Origin: an uncultured Acidobacteriaceae bacterium
Lineage (GTDB): Bacteria > Acidobacteriota > Terriglobia > Terriglobales > Acidobacteriaceae
Direction of reading: 5' to 3'
Assembly (NCBI GenBank): GCA_964242495.1
Contig: CAXSZS010000002.1
Location: 59,693 to 123,692 of the forward strand
DNA length: 64,000 bases
The notes under the pieces are model-generated. The model was not told the DNA's origin. It was given only the letters and a program-made list of their open reading frames with translations, and did no database searches. Shown in pieces: positions 41,201 through 50,634 of this stretch; positions within the stretch are counted from its first letter, which is position 1; each line of letters starts with the position of its first letter. The position numbers were made by a program, and so were the translations under genes.

Positions 41201-41536
41201 CTACTGAACGGATCCCTGGCCGCCGACGATACGAGGCTGCCCGGGCCCTGGCGAATCCAGCGAGATCGGACCGAAGGCCGACTCATACTGGGCCAGATTC
41301 TGAGAAAGGATGGAATGCAAGGCCTTCGCCTGCTGGGGGCTGATATAGATGCCCTGAAAATTGTTGACCTCAACGGCATCCGGCGCGGTCGGTTCCAACG
41401 TTCCGAAGACGAGCAGGAAATCCCAAACGGAAAGACGCATTTGAACACTGTTGGCGTAGGAATCGCGGTAATCCGGCGTTTTGTTCAAGGTAACGCGGGT
41501 GTTGTCGGGCTGTGTGAAGCTTTGGCTCTGGCTCAT
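41201..41536 (-). CDS. DUF3467-like small protein
   Basis: 111 aa. YANSVQMRLSVWDFLLVFG matches my recollection of DUF3467. Its stop lies 3 nt before the glycosyltransferase start. Confidence 0.65.
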   Translation of the reverse strand: MSQSQSFTQPDNTRVTLNKTPDYRDSYANSVQMRLSVWDFLLVFGTLEPTAPDAVEVNNFQGIYISPQQAKALHSILSQNLAQYESAFGPISLDSPGPGQPRIVGGQGSVQ

Positions 41537-41620
41537 GCTGAGGTGGTTGCTCGCTTTTCGAATCTTGTCCCAGGCTGCATGGCAGCGCGGGAGTTCTGGA
41601 TGGAGTTAACGGACGAGGTG

Positions 41621-41703
41621 TGGTGCGGAAGGAGGGACTCGAACCCTCACGCCGGAGGCACAGGCTTCTAAGACCTGCGTGTCTGCCATTTCACCACTTC
41701 CGC
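41621..41703 (-). tRNA. tRNA-Leu (anticodon TAG), long variable arm, CCA encoded
   Basis: Reverse complement is GCGGAAGTGGTGAAATGGCAGACACGCAGGTCTTAGAAGCCTGTGCCTCCGGCGTGAGGGTTCGAGTCCCTCCTTCCGCACCA. Confidence 0.85.
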
Positions 41704-41924
41704 GCTTGCTTCCAGCGTAGCCCGAATGGGCGGCGCAAGCAATCGGGGCATAGGCACGAGCAGCATTTCCGAATTCCATTGTTTCAAAACAGGACAGCGC
41801 TACTGGAGAACATGCGGGCTGCCGATACCGTCAAAGAAGAACGAGAGCGGATCGCTTGATTGGGTGCGACCGCGGTAGTCCAGAGTGCATCACATGCATG
41901 TAAGTTGATAGGAAGGCGCTCAAC

Positions 41925-44378
41925 ATGCCGAATGAGTTTGTCAGTGTAATTCGCCCATCCCAGGGCAAGACCGTCGCCGGAGAAGACCGTGGGCACTCGT
42001 ATCCGGTCCTTCCTGTGCGCGATACGGTGCTGTTTCCCCATCAGGTCCTACCGCTCACGGTGGGCCGCGAGAGTTCCATTCAGTTGATTCAATCCCTGGG
42101 CGAGGATAAGACGATCCTTGTGGTCGCCCAAAAGGATGCTCGGCTTGACGCGCCGGAAGGCGGCGACCTGCACATGGTGGGTACCCGCGCGACGGTGCAC
42201 AAGGTTGTCAAGATGCCCAATCAGAGCCTGTTCGTGTTTACCGAAGGCACTGAACGTGTGCGGCTGGGCAGCTTCACGCAGACGCAGCCGTATCTGACCG
42301 CCGAGGCCGAGACAATCGCCGATGGCACGCTCGAGCCTTCACCGGAGTTGGAAGCGCTGCAACGGAATGTGTTGGCCCAATTTCAAGAGGTGGTTACCTC
42401 GTCGTCCACGCTTTCCGATGATCTGCAGACCATTGCAATCAACATCGATGAACCGGCGCGCCTTTCAGACTTCATTGCCTCTAACCTGCCCTTCCTGACG
42501 ACTGCAGAGAAGCAGGAATTGCTTGAAATGACGGACTTGAAGGCACGGCTGGAGAAGCTGAATGGACAGCTTGCGAAGGAGCTCGAAGTACAGCAGCTGC
42601 GGAACAAGATTCAAAGCGAAGTGCAGGATTCGGTGCAGCAGTCGCAGCGGGATTACTATCTTCGCGAGCAGATGAAGGCCATACAGAAGGAGCTCGGCGA
42701 CCAGGATGACACGCAGAAAGACATCTCCGATTTGAAGGAGAAGATCGAAACTGCTGGCATGCCCGAGGATGTGAAAAAAGACGCTCTCAAGGAGCTGGGG
42801 CGGCTGAGCCGGATGAATCCTGCTGCAGCCGATTATTCCCTGACGCGGAATTATGTGGAGTGGCTTGCTGTGCTGCCGTGGGCAAAGGGCTCGTCTGAGG
42901 CTGTCGACATAGCCAAGGCCAAAGAGGTGCTCGATGCGGATCACTATGGCTTGCGGAAGGTGAAAGAACGCATCCTGGATTACCTGAGTGTGCGCCGACT
43001 GAAGGCCGACATGAAGGGGCCAATCCTGTGCTTTGTCGGACCGCCGGGCGTGGGCAAGACTTCGCTGGGACGGTCGATTGCAAAGGCCCTGGGACGCAAG
43101 TTCTCTCGCATTTCCCTGGGCGGCATGCATGATGAGGCCGAGATCAGGGGACACCGGCGCACCTACATCGGTGCCTTGCCGGGTCAGATCATCCAGCACC
43201 TGAAGCGCGTTGAAGTAAACGATCCTGTGTTCATGCTGGACGAGATTGACAAGCTTGGTCGCGATTTCCGCGGAGATCCGGCGAGTGCGCTGCTGGAAAC
43301 GCTGGACCCGGAGCAGAACAACACCTTCCGCGACAATTACCTCGATCAGCCGTTCGATTTGAGCAAGGTGCTTTTCATCTGTACAGCCAATCAGCTGGAC
43401 ACGATTCCCGCGCCGCTGCTCGACCGCATGGAGATTATCGAACTCACGGGGTACACCGAAGAAGAAAAGGTGGCAATTGCGGAGCGGTACCTGATTCCGC
43501 GGCAGGTGAAGGAGAACGGTTTGCCGGTGGAAGCCATCGAGTTCCCGACGGAGTCAGTCGCTCTGATCGCACGACACTACACGCGGGAGGCCGGGGTGCG
43601 ACGCCTCGAGCAGTTGGTTGGCACGGTCGCGCGTAAAACAGCGCGTCGGGTCGCCGAGGGCAGCCTGCACCCGGAGAATGGCGAAAAGCTCGTTGTTACG
43701 CCTGAAGTCGTGCATGAGTATTTAGGCGGCATCAAGGTCCGGGTTGACACCGAAATTGCCGAGCGCACCAAGCGTGCCGGCGTGGCTGTCGGGCTGGCGT
43801 GGACACCGGTGGGAGGCGACGTGCTGTTCATCGAAGCCAATCGCATGAAGGGCAAGGGCGGCTTCACCATGACCGGGCAGATCGGCGATGTGATGAAGGA
43901 GTCCATGCAGGCGGCGCTCACGTGGGTTCGTTCGAACGCTATTGATCTCGGCCTGGATGAGGATGTGCTGAAGGATATCGATCTGCATATCCATGTACCC
44001 GCGGGCGCCATTCCCAAGGATGGTCCCAGCGCGGGGGTGACCATGGCGACGGCGATTGTGAGTCTGTTGACGGATACGCCGGTGCACCCGTTGCTGGCCA
44101 TGACGGGGGAGATCACCTTGAGCGGCAATGTGCTCCCGGTTGGGGGTATCAAGGAGAAGTTCCTGGCTGCCAAGCGGGCTGGGGTGCGGGATGTCATTCT
44201 GCCCATTGACGTCAAGGCCAATGTCGAAGAGGACCTAACGGCGGATCAGACGGAAGGCATGACGATTCATTATGCGTCCCGGATCGAAGACGTGTTGCAT
44301 ATCGCCTTGCCAAAAACGCCCCGCGAGGCGATTGAGGATGAGCATGTGCGGGAAGAGGTTCTGGCGGAGGTTGCTTAG
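41925..44378 (+). CDS. lon: ATP-dependent Lon protease
   Basis: 817 aa. LON N-domain, Walker A GPPGVGKTS, and the protease motif DGPSAGVTMATA with catalytic Ser. Confidence 0.95.
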   Translation: MPNEFVSVIRPSQGKTVAGEDRGHSYPVLPVRDTVLFPHQVLPLTVGRESSIQLIQSLGEDKTILVVAQKDARLDAPEGGDLHMVGTRATVHKVVKMPNQSLFVFTEGTERVRLGSFTQTQPYLTAEAETIADGTLEPSPELEALQRNVLAQFQEVVTSSSTLSDDLQTIAINIDEPARLSDFIASNLPFLTTAEKQELLEMTDLKARLEKLNGQLAKELEVQQLRNKIQSEVQDSVQQSQRDYYLREQMKAIQKELGDQDDTQKDISDLKEKIETAGMPEDVKKDALKELGRLSRMNPAAADYSLTRNYVEWLAVLPWAKGSSEAVDIAKAKEVLDADHYGLRKVKERILDYLSVRRLKADMKGPILCFVGPPGVGKTSLGRSIAKALGRKFSRISLGGMHDEAEIRGHRRTYIGALPGQIIQHLKRVEVNDPVFMLDEIDKLGRDFRGDPASALLETLDPEQNNTFRDNYLDQPFDLSKVLFICTANQLDTIPAPLLDRMEIIELTGYTEEEKVAIAERYLIPRQVKENGLPVEAIEFPTESVALIARHYTREAGVRRLEQLVGTVARKTARRVAEGSLHPENGEKLVVTPEVVHEYLGGIKVRVDTEIAERTKRAGVAVGLAWTPVGGDVLFIEANRMKGKGGFTMTGQIGDVMKESMQAALTWVRSNAIDLGLDEDVLKDIDLHIHVPAGAIPKDGPSAGVTMATAIVSLLTDTPVHPLLAMTGEITLSGNVLPVGGIKEKFLAAKRAGVRDVILPIDVKANVEEDLTADQTEGMTIHYASRIEDVLHIALPKTPREAIEDEHVREEVLAEVA

Positions 44379-44401
44379 AACTTACCCGTGTAGTCCACGA
44401 G

Positions 44402-44421
44402 CCGGGGCGAAACTGCCCCGG
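44402..44421. terminator. Hairpin between convergent lon and hydrolase genes
   Basis: CCGGGGC-gaaact-GCCCCGG followed by CTTTCC. 7-bp GC stem with a weak U tail. Confidence 0.4.
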
Positions 44422-44428
44422 CTTTCCA

Positions 44429-45148
44429 TCAGCTTTGCAGGTGCTGTTCGAGAAAGGCGGAGGTCGCCAGGAGCATGCGTGGCAGGGCCGCGGGACCGAA
44501 CCAGTGGCCCTCACCGGGGAGAAGTTCCGTGCGATGTGCAACACCGAGATCTGTAAGTTTGCGATCCAGGTCTCGGGCGAACGACACAGGGACGATTTGG
44601 TCTGCTTCGCCGTGCAGGATGAGGGTTGGGGGAAAGCGCGGCGTGACGAGCGCGTCATAGGGAGGCACGAGACCGCCGGAGATGTCGAGCACGGCACATA
44701 TGCGGCGGCGCGCGACAGGTTCAGTTGATGCCGAGAGTCTGGCAGCCAACGCTAACGCCAGAAAGGCGCCAAGGGACACACCGGCGACCAGGATGCGGTC
44801 GGCGTCCACCCCGGGGCGGGTTGCTACAAAGCGCAGCGCATCATCGGCAGTTTCGAGCCATTGGGGAACGTGCTTACCGTCCGTGATGGTAGCCAGATCG
44901 GCGCGAACGGTGCCGGTGCGCTTCAAGTATTGGGGAGCATACAGGTGGATGCCGGCCTCGCGAAGAAATGGAGCAAGTCGCGAAACCCAGAACTCCACAT
45001 GACCGCCCGAACCTTGCAGGAGCAGAATGGCCGCGCGAGACACTGTGCTGTTAGAGGGACCGAAAGGGTACTCCTCCGCATGTATTGGGATGGGAACACC
45101 CCCGCTGGAAAACGAAAGCGAAGCGGACGCAGGAGACAAATAAGTCAT
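44429..45148 (-). CDS. Alpha/beta hydrolase (dienelactone hydrolase/carboxylesterase-like)
   Basis: ATG at 45148 starts MTYLSPAS.... Nucleophile elbow GVSLG, LHGEADQIVP and GEGHWF. The upstream part of the 315-aa track ORF is discarded. Confidence 0.7.
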   Translation of the reverse strand: MTYLSPASASLSFSSGGVPIPIHAEEYPFGPSNSTVSRAAILLLQGSGGHVEFWVSRLAPFLREAGIHLYAPQYLKRTGTVRADLATITDGKHVPQWLETADDALRFVATRPGVDADRILVAGVSLGAFLALALAARLSASTEPVARRRICAVLDISGGLVPPYDALVTPRFPPTLILHGEADQIVPVSFARDLDRKLTDLGVAHRTELLPGEGHWFGPAALPRMLLATSAFLEQHLQS

Positions 45149-45158
45149 AGGAGTTTGG

Positions 45159-45905
45159 ATGCGAGAGGGCGATAGCGGCGGTCCCCCGTTCCTGGTGGAG
45201 TCGGCGAGAGTGGCGGAGGGATGGATCCTGGTTTTGGACACCTGCGCGTCGTACGCGTCCGTGGCCCTGTTCCAGGAATCGGCGCTGCGTGAGGAGCGGA
45301 TTCTTGACGAGCGAAATGCGTCGTCCGCTCTGCTCCGCGTGGTTCGCGAGGTGCTCGCCGCACAGGGGATCGGCATTCAAGACCTCGCCGGGATGGGCGT
45401 GGTGCGGGGACCGGGATCGTTCACCGGCGTACGCATAGGCCTGGCCCTGGCCAAAGGGCTTTGCGAGGCGGCCGCCATACCCCTGGCCGGCGTTTCGCGG
45501 CTGGAGGTGCTTGCGGATGCAGCGTCGTTATCCAGCGGGTTTGCCCTGCTCGAGGCCGGAAGAGACCAGATATACCTCCGTGCGATCCATTCGGGCACAG
45601 GAGCGCAGGAGTGGCTAAGCTCGCTTGCTGAGAGCAGATCCGTGTTGCAGGGTGCGGTTGTCGCGATTGTCTGTACGGCTCCGGGTACGCGCTTGCACAC
45701 CGACGCGGCCCTTGCTGGGGCGGAGTTGCGTGCGGTCGACCTCACGGCCAAGGATGCAATCGGCCCTGTTTTGCGTAACTTGGCGCGGGGTGAGACACCC
45801 TTGGCGGAGCTGGACGCGAACTACGTACGCAATGAAGACACGATCTATGCAAGGCAGTCTGCGGCAAGGCAAGATGCGGCAGTAAGCCATGTTGCCGATA
45901 GCTGA
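45159..45905 (+). CDS. tsaB: tRNA t6A37 biosynthesis protein TsaB (YeaZ)
   Basis: ILVLDTCASYASVAL...GPGSFTGVRIGLA.AKGL. GTG at 45210 is a plausible alternative start. Confidence 0.85.
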   Translation: MREGDSGGPPFLVESARVAEGWILVLDTCASYASVALFQESALREERILDERNASSALLRVVREVLAAQGIGIQDLAGMGVVRGPGSFTGVRIGLALAKGLCEAAAIPLAGVSRLEVLADAASLSSGFALLEAGRDQIYLRAIHSGTGAQEWLSSLAESRSVLQGAVVAIVCTAPGTRLHTDAALAGAELRAVDLTAKDAIGPVLRNLARGETPLAELDANYVRNEDTIYARQSAARQDAAVSHVADS

Positions 45906-45913
45906 GCGGATTT

Positions 45914-46387
45914 ATGGATTGTATCGTTCAGCTATCGGGTTCTGGGGATCTTGCAGCGGTGCGGGCATTGATCGCTGTTTGTCCGGACGCGCCACTCTGG
46001 CCATCCACGGCTTGGGCGACCTTTGTGGAACCCGATGCGATGGTCCCTGCGGAAAGGGTTGCGTTTGCTGTTCTCGCCAACACGGAAGCAAGAGATCTAC
46101 GCGCGATCTTGATGGCAACGCGCGTGGAGCAAAGTGTCGAGCTTGAGGTGCTTCTGGTTCGTCCGGGAGATCGCCGCCAGGGGTGGGGAGAACGTCTTTC
46201 CACACATTGGCTTGCCTGGGCCGCTCGAAAGGGCGCCACGGACGCGATGCTTGAGGTGCGGCGTTCCAATGTGGCCGCGCAGAGGCTTTACCAGCGGCTG
46301 GGCTTCCACGTCGAGGGTTGCCGTCCTGGATACTATCGTTCGCCTGTGGAGGATGCGTTGCTGATGCATCGACATTTGGTGAGGTAA
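45914..46387 (+). CDS. rimI: Ribosomal-protein-alanine N-acetyltransferase-like GNAT
   Basis: 157 aa. RRQGWGERL and AQRLYQRLGFHVEGCRPGYY motifs. Canonical tsaB-rimI adjacency. Confidence 0.8.
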   Translation: MDCIVQLSGSGDLAAVRALIAVCPDAPLWPSTAWATFVEPDAMVPAERVAFAVLANTEARDLRAILMATRVEQSVELEVLLVRPGDRRQGWGERLSTHWLAWAARKGATDAMLEVRRSNVAAQRLYQRLGFHVEGCRPGYYRSPVEDALLMHRHLVR

Positions 46388-46452
46388 AACGCTGGGCGCC
46401 GTTATGCTCGGTGGGCCGAGGCGCAACAGGGGCAAAGGTATAATGAGCAGCG

Positions 46453-47106
46453 ATGGTTCGTGATGGGTTTTTTTACGGTATTGCCCTGATTGCCGTTGCG
46501 GTGATCGTGTGGTTTGGGACGCATTTCATCACCTTAACGGTGTTGCCGGTCCTGCTTGCCATGTTTCTCGTGTGGTTTTTTCGTGACCCGCCGCGACGCG
46601 TCCCCATGGAACCGGGGCTCATCGTGTCGCCTGCGGATGGCAAGGTCGAGGATGCGGAGTGGATTGAGACCACGAATGGAAACGGCCTGCGCATCAGTAT
46701 CTTTCTGAATGTATTCGATGTGCACGTAAACCGCGTTCCGGTGGGCGGGACGGTAACCCTAGCGGAGTACCGCGAGGGCCAGTTTCTGAATGCAATGAAC
46801 GCCGAATCCGCGGTACACAACGAGCAAACCCTCGTAACCATCGACGCTGGTGAATACAGCGTGAGCTTCAAGCAGATTGCCGGCCTTTTGGCGCGCCGCA
46901 TCCTTTGTAACTTGCGGGAGGGCGACCAGGTGGTCCGGGGCGAGCGCATGGGGCTCATCAAATTCGGTTCGCGCATGGATGTGTTGCTGCCGGCACATGC
47001 CGAGCTGCGGGTGCGTAGCGGTGACCGTGTGAAGGGTGGAAGTTCCGTACTGGCTTTTATCCCGCCAGCGGCGGACAAGGCGAAACTGGCGGGTGAGCGG
47101 CGCTAA
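46453..47106 (+). CDS. psd: Phosphatidylserine decarboxylase proenzyme (short form)
   Basis: 217 aa. VFDVHVNR and the processing-site-like FGSRMDV. Confidence 0.85.
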   Translation: MVRDGFFYGIALIAVAVIVWFGTHFITLTVLPVLLAMFLVWFFRDPPRRVPMEPGLIVSPADGKVEDAEWIETTNGNGLRISIFLNVFDVHVNRVPVGGTVTLAEYREGQFLNAMNAESAVHNEQTLVTIDAGEYSVSFKQIAGLLARRILCNLREGDQVVRGERMGLIKFGSRMDVLLPAHAELRVRSGDRVKGGSSVLAFIPPAADKAKLAGERR

Positions 47107-47933
47107 TGGCGTCTGCGGACCGCGAGCTGCAGCGGCCCCCGGCTCGCCGGGGCATGTATATCCTGCCATCGCTCTTTACATCGGGCAACATCGCCGCGGG
47201 CTATTACGCCATTGTGCAAAGCATTCATGGCTCCATGGCCGCGGACGCGGATGGTTTTGATCGAGCGGCGCTCGCCGTACTTTTCGCGATTCTGTTCGAC
47301 GGGCTTGATGGCCGAATCGCACGCATGACCAACACATCCAGCGCTTTCGGGCGCGAACTCGATTCCTTGGCGGATGTGATTACCTTTGGCGTGGCTCCGA
47401 GCCTTCTGGCGTATCTCTGGGGTTTGCGGCAGGTGCGGCTTACCGGGCACCCCGCCGCCGAAGTGCGGCTCATGCACCTGGGCGGGGTGGTGTGTTTTCT
47501 TTTCCTGCTCTGCGGTGCGTGTAGATTGGCGCGCTTCAATGTGAGTATTGACCCGCAACCGCGCAACCCGGGCCGTCCCGGGAGGAAGTACTTTGTGGGC
47601 ATGCCGATACCGGCGGGGGCCGGTGTTGTGGCCGCTGTAGTGCATTTCGAGGGCGGCTCGCCGATTTATAGCCCATGGCTTGCCCTGGTCTGGCTCGGGT
47701 TGATTGGGTTTGTCGGATTTTTAATGGTGAGCAACTGGCGATTCTGGAGCGGGAAGGAATTGGACATGAGCGAACGCAGGCCCGGGCGACTGCTCGCTTT
47801 GTTCGCCCTGATTGCCGCGGTGGTCATCTTCGAATCGCAGTACGCCCTGATTGTGATAGCGATGGTGTATCTGCTTTCGGGTGTGTTGGCGCGTTTGGCC
47901 TACTCCTGGCAAAGGCGTACGTTACCCGCGTAA
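47106..47933 (+). CDS. pssA: CDP-diacylglycerol--serine O-phosphatidyltransferase
   Basis: 275 aa. CDP-alcohol motif DGLDGRIAR...G.ELDSLAD. Its start overlaps the psd stop (TAATG). Confidence 0.9.
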   Translation: MASADRELQRPPARRGMYILPSLFTSGNIAAGYYAIVQSIHGSMAADADGFDRAALAVLFAILFDGLDGRIARMTNTSSAFGRELDSLADVITFGVAPSLLAYLWGLRQVRLTGHPAAEVRLMHLGGVVCFLFLLCGACRLARFNVSIDPQPRNPGRPGRKYFVGMPIPAGAGVVAAVVHFEGGSPIYSPWLALVWLGLIGFVGFLMVSNWRFWSGKELDMSERRPGRLLALFALIAAVVIFESQYALIVIAMVYLLSGVLARLAYSWQRRTLPA

Positions 47934-47971
47934 TGGCACGCGGTACTTAAAGGGATTCGAAGGGGTTTGAG

Positions 47972-48994
47972 ATGGCTGGACGACAAAGACGTGCTGTGGT
48001 CGTAGGGGCACCCAATCTAAGGGGTAAGGAGCTGATCGAGGAACTGAATGCTTCTGCTGCGGCTGCGTGGCAGATGCGTTATCTGCACGAAGGGGACGAG
48101 GAGCAAACGGAAGTGATGACGGCGGGGGACGAACCGGCCGTGGTTCAGCCACTGACGCGGGATGCTCTGGAGGATGTGGATTTGGTCTTTTTCGCGGGTG
48201 AGGGCGAAACGGCGCGGGAGCACTGGCGCATCGCCGTCCAGGGTGGAGCGGCGGTTGTGGACCTTACCGGAGCGCTCGAGGGGGAAGCCGGTTTTCTCGT
48301 GCGCAGCCCATGGATTCAGGGTAGAACAAAGCCCGATCTGATGACCGCCGGTGTGGTGGCCGCGCATCCGGCGGCGGTGATGCTGGCGCTCACGGCGGAG
48401 CGCTTGGCGAGACGACTGCCGCTGGCGCGATTGGCAGCCACGGTTCTGGAGCCGGCATCCCAGGCAGGCAAAGCCGGTCTGGATGAGCTACACCAGCAGA
48501 CGGTCGGCTTGCTTTCCTTTCAGAACGTGCCCAAAGAACTGTTCGACACGCGAGTCGCTTTCAATCTGCAGACGGCGCTTGGTGAAGAGGCACGAGTCGA
48601 TTTGCGTGCGGTGGGGAGTACCATTCGGCGGCACCTGAATGCGCTGCTGGGCGAAGCGGCAGCTACCCGCGTGCGCTTCCAGTTGGTGCAAGCTCCTGTG
48701 TTCCATGGCTATACGCTTTCGGCTTTTGCCGAGTTGACCGCCGGTGCAACGGAAAAGAGCGTGCGCTCCGCCCTGCACGGTGGGGTGGTGGTCGCGGAAG
48801 AGACTGTGCCGAGCAACCTGGCGGCGGCGGAATCCGGCGATCTGCTTGTGGATGTGCGCGACGATGGCACAGCCGGGGAATCGTCGGCGTTCTGGTTGTG
48901 GATGGCTTCCGACAATCTTCGCTTTGCGGCACGCAATGCGGTCGCAGCGGCGATGGAGTTGGTGGCACTTCGTCCGGCCACGGGCCTGCAGTAA
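47972..48994 (+). CDS. Aspartate-semialdehyde dehydrogenase-family (USG-1-like) protein
   Basis: 340 aa. VVGAPNLRGKEL Rossmann start, QAPVFHGY and FWLWMASDNLRFAARNAV resemble Asd/USG-1. AHPAA appears to occupy the place of the NC(S/T) active-site Cys. Confidence 0.65.
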   Translation: MAGRQRRAVVVGAPNLRGKELIEELNASAAAAWQMRYLHEGDEEQTEVMTAGDEPAVVQPLTRDALEDVDLVFFAGEGETAREHWRIAVQGGAAVVDLTGALEGEAGFLVRSPWIQGRTKPDLMTAGVVAAHPAAVMLALTAERLARRLPLARLAATVLEPASQAGKAGLDELHQQTVGLLSFQNVPKELFDTRVAFNLQTALGEEARVDLRAVGSTIRRHLNALLGEAAATRVRFQLVQAPVFHGYTLSAFAELTAGATEKSVRSALHGGVVVAEETVPSNLAAAESGDLLVDVRDDGTAGESSAFWLWMASDNLRFAARNAVAAAMELVALRPATGLQ

Positions 48995-49048
48995 GAACGA
49001 AGGTTCGGGCGTGTAGCGTGGTTGCGGGTTGCGGTACACTCAAGGTGC

Positions 49049-49135
49049 GCCGGGATGGTGGAACTGGCAGACGCAGCGGACTCAAAATCCGCCGAGGGCA
49101 ACCTCGTGGGGGTTCGACCCCCCCTCCCGGCACCA
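49049..49135 (+). tRNA. tRNA-Leu (anticodon CAA), long variable arm, CCA encoded
   Basis: GCCGGGATGGTGGAACTGGCAGACGCAGCGGACTCAAAATCCGCCGAGGGCAACCTCGTGGGGGTTCGACCCCCCTCCCGGCACCA. Confidence 0.9.
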
Positions 49136-49161
49136 AAGCACACGAAAGAACAGCTGAGAAC

Positions 49162-49238
49162 GGCCCGGTAGCTCAGATGCATAGAGCGGCGCACTCCTAA
49201 GGCGAAGGTCGGCAGTTGGAATCTGCCCCGGGTCACCA
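49162..49238 (+). tRNA. tRNA-Arg (anticodon CCT), atypical elbow and weak anticodon stem
   Basis: GGCCCGGTAGCTCAGATGCATAGAGCGGCGCACTCCTAAGGCGAAGGTCGGCAGTTGGAATCTGCCCCGGGTCACCA. Acceptor, D and T stems pair. The D loop lacks GG (AGATGCATA). The T loop is TTGGAAT. The anticodon stem has only 3 Watson-Crick pairs. Confidence 0.6.
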
Positions 49239-49371
49239 TGCTGCTCTTGGGTTCGTGTGCGAGGGTCGTGTCCAAGGCAAGCGGTTTCTCCTTCACGATG
49301 CGCGGCAAGGGGGTGGCGGGCTTTGCGACCCCAAGTTCTACCCGCTCAACTGCGAACCTTTGATTAACCCC

Positions 49372-49524
49372 TCAAGCTCTGGCCGCTTCGACTCCAGGCG
49401 CGTTTGGGAGGAGATCGACATCCTCATCCTGCGATCGGGCGCGAAGACTGGCGACGGCGAGGGCCAACAGGATGTTCAAGACACCCATACAAAATAAGAG
49501 CAAGCTATCGTGTGCGGCAACCAT
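49372..49524 (-). CDS. Possible small membrane peptide (50 aa)
   Basis: AAGGAG lies 6 nt upstream of ATG 49524. Sequence MVAAHDSLLLFCMGVLNILLALAVASLRARSQDEDVDLLPNAPGVEAARA has one TM helix. Sits in an otherwise gene-free, lower-GC 400-nt gap after the tRNA pair. Confidence 0.3.
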   Translation of the reverse strand: MVAAHDSLLLFCMGVLNILLALAVASLRARSQDEDVDLLPNAPGVEAARA

Positions 49525-49654
49525 GGATCTCTCCTTTGGGGAGAGTAAGCGGCTACGCAGACGAGGGAAATTGCACTTCCGGAGCATGCGAGACCGCTCC
49601 TGTGTAGCGAATCAGGACAGCTGCAAAGCCGCCCCTTCGCGTTAGAATTGCCCT

Positions 49655-50632
49655 GTGCTTAAGTACTCCATTGTCGTTCCGTTTCATAACGAGGAGCAAA
49701 GCGTTACCCGGCTTTACGATCGCGTCAAGGACGTGATGGAGTCGGTGTGCGAGAGCTTCGAACTGGTGTTTGTGGACGATGGCTCGCGCGACCGAACATA
49801 CAGACTGCTGGAAGAGATCGCCGCTGTGGACTCGCGCGTGCTGCTGATTAAACTACGCCGCAATTTCGGACAAACGTCGGCGCTGGCGGCGGGCTTCGAT
49901 CATGCAACGGGGGAGTTCATTCTTTCCATGGATGGCGATCTGCAGCATGATCCTGCGGAGATTCCGCAGTTCATGGCCAAGCTGGAGGAGGGCTATGACG
50001 TTGTGAGTGGATGGCGGGCGCAACGTGCCGATAACCTGATGCTGCGGCGGTTGCCCTCGCGGGCAGCGAACTGGTTGTTGCGGCAGGTTTCGGGGGTGGA
50101 GATCCATGATTTTGGCACCACGTTCAAGGCCTATCGTCGCGAGGTAATCCAAAATGTGCCGTTGTACGCGGACATGCACCGCTTTATCCCGGCGCTGGCG
50201 AGTTGGTATGGCGCGACGATCTGTGAGGTGCCGATTTCCAATCCAGCGCGGGTCTCCGGCGAGAGCCACTACGGGCTGGGGCGTACTTTTCGGGTGGCGT
50301 TTGATCTCCTGACTCTGCGGTTTTTGCTGCGGTACATGACCCGACCGCTCCACTTCTTTGGCAGCATCGGCGGTTTGGCACTGCTAAGCGGGAGCGGGAT
50401 TGCTACCTGGCTACTGCTGTACAAGTTGTTTTCGCGGCACGACATGGTGGGCGAGCATGGACCCTGGTTCGTGATTGCGGCGGTGTTGCTGCTGGCCGGT
50501 ATCCAGATGATCGGCATCGGCTTACTGGGCGAGTTGCAGGTACGCCACTTTTTTGCGCAGGGCCAGCGTTCACCCTACACAATCGAGCGCGTGGTGCGCA
50601 TGCGCTCCTCCGAGGAGCACCTGATCCGCTAG
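49655..50632 (+). CDS. GT2-family glycosyltransferase (polyprenyl-phosphate sugar transferase, DPM1/ArnC-like) with two C-terminal TM helices
   Basis: 325 aa with GTG start. SIVVPFHNEE, FVDDGSRD and DGDLQHDP motifs. Confidence 0.85.
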   Translation: MLKYSIVVPFHNEEQSVTRLYDRVKDVMESVCESFELVFVDDGSRDRTYRLLEEIAAVDSRVLLIKLRRNFGQTSALAAGFDHATGEFILSMDGDLQHDPAEIPQFMAKLEEGYDVVSGWRAQRADNLMLRRLPSRAANWLLRQVSGVEIHDFGTTFKAYRREVIQNVPLYADMHRFIPALASWYGATICEVPISNPARVSGESHYGLGRTFRVAFDLLTLRFLLRYMTRPLHFFGSIGGLALLSGSGIATWLLLYKLFSRHDMVGEHGPWFVIAAVLLLAGIQMIGIGLLGELQVRHFFAQGQRSPYTIERVVRMRSSEEHLIR

Positions 50633-50634
50633 CT

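Noticed and set aside
41704-41924. Heat-shock promoter or CIRCE operator upstream of lon
   Set aside because: No TTAGCACTC-N9-GAGTGCTAA-like inverted repeat is present, and there is no convincing sigma-32 consensus. Only a weak CTTGA... resemblance was seen.
49049-49654. Integrative element at the tRNA-Leu/tRNA-Arg pair
   Set aside because: The 400-nt lower-GC gap after the tRNAs has no integrase. I could find no direct repeat of a tRNA 3' end. Only a possible 50-aa peptide gene is there.
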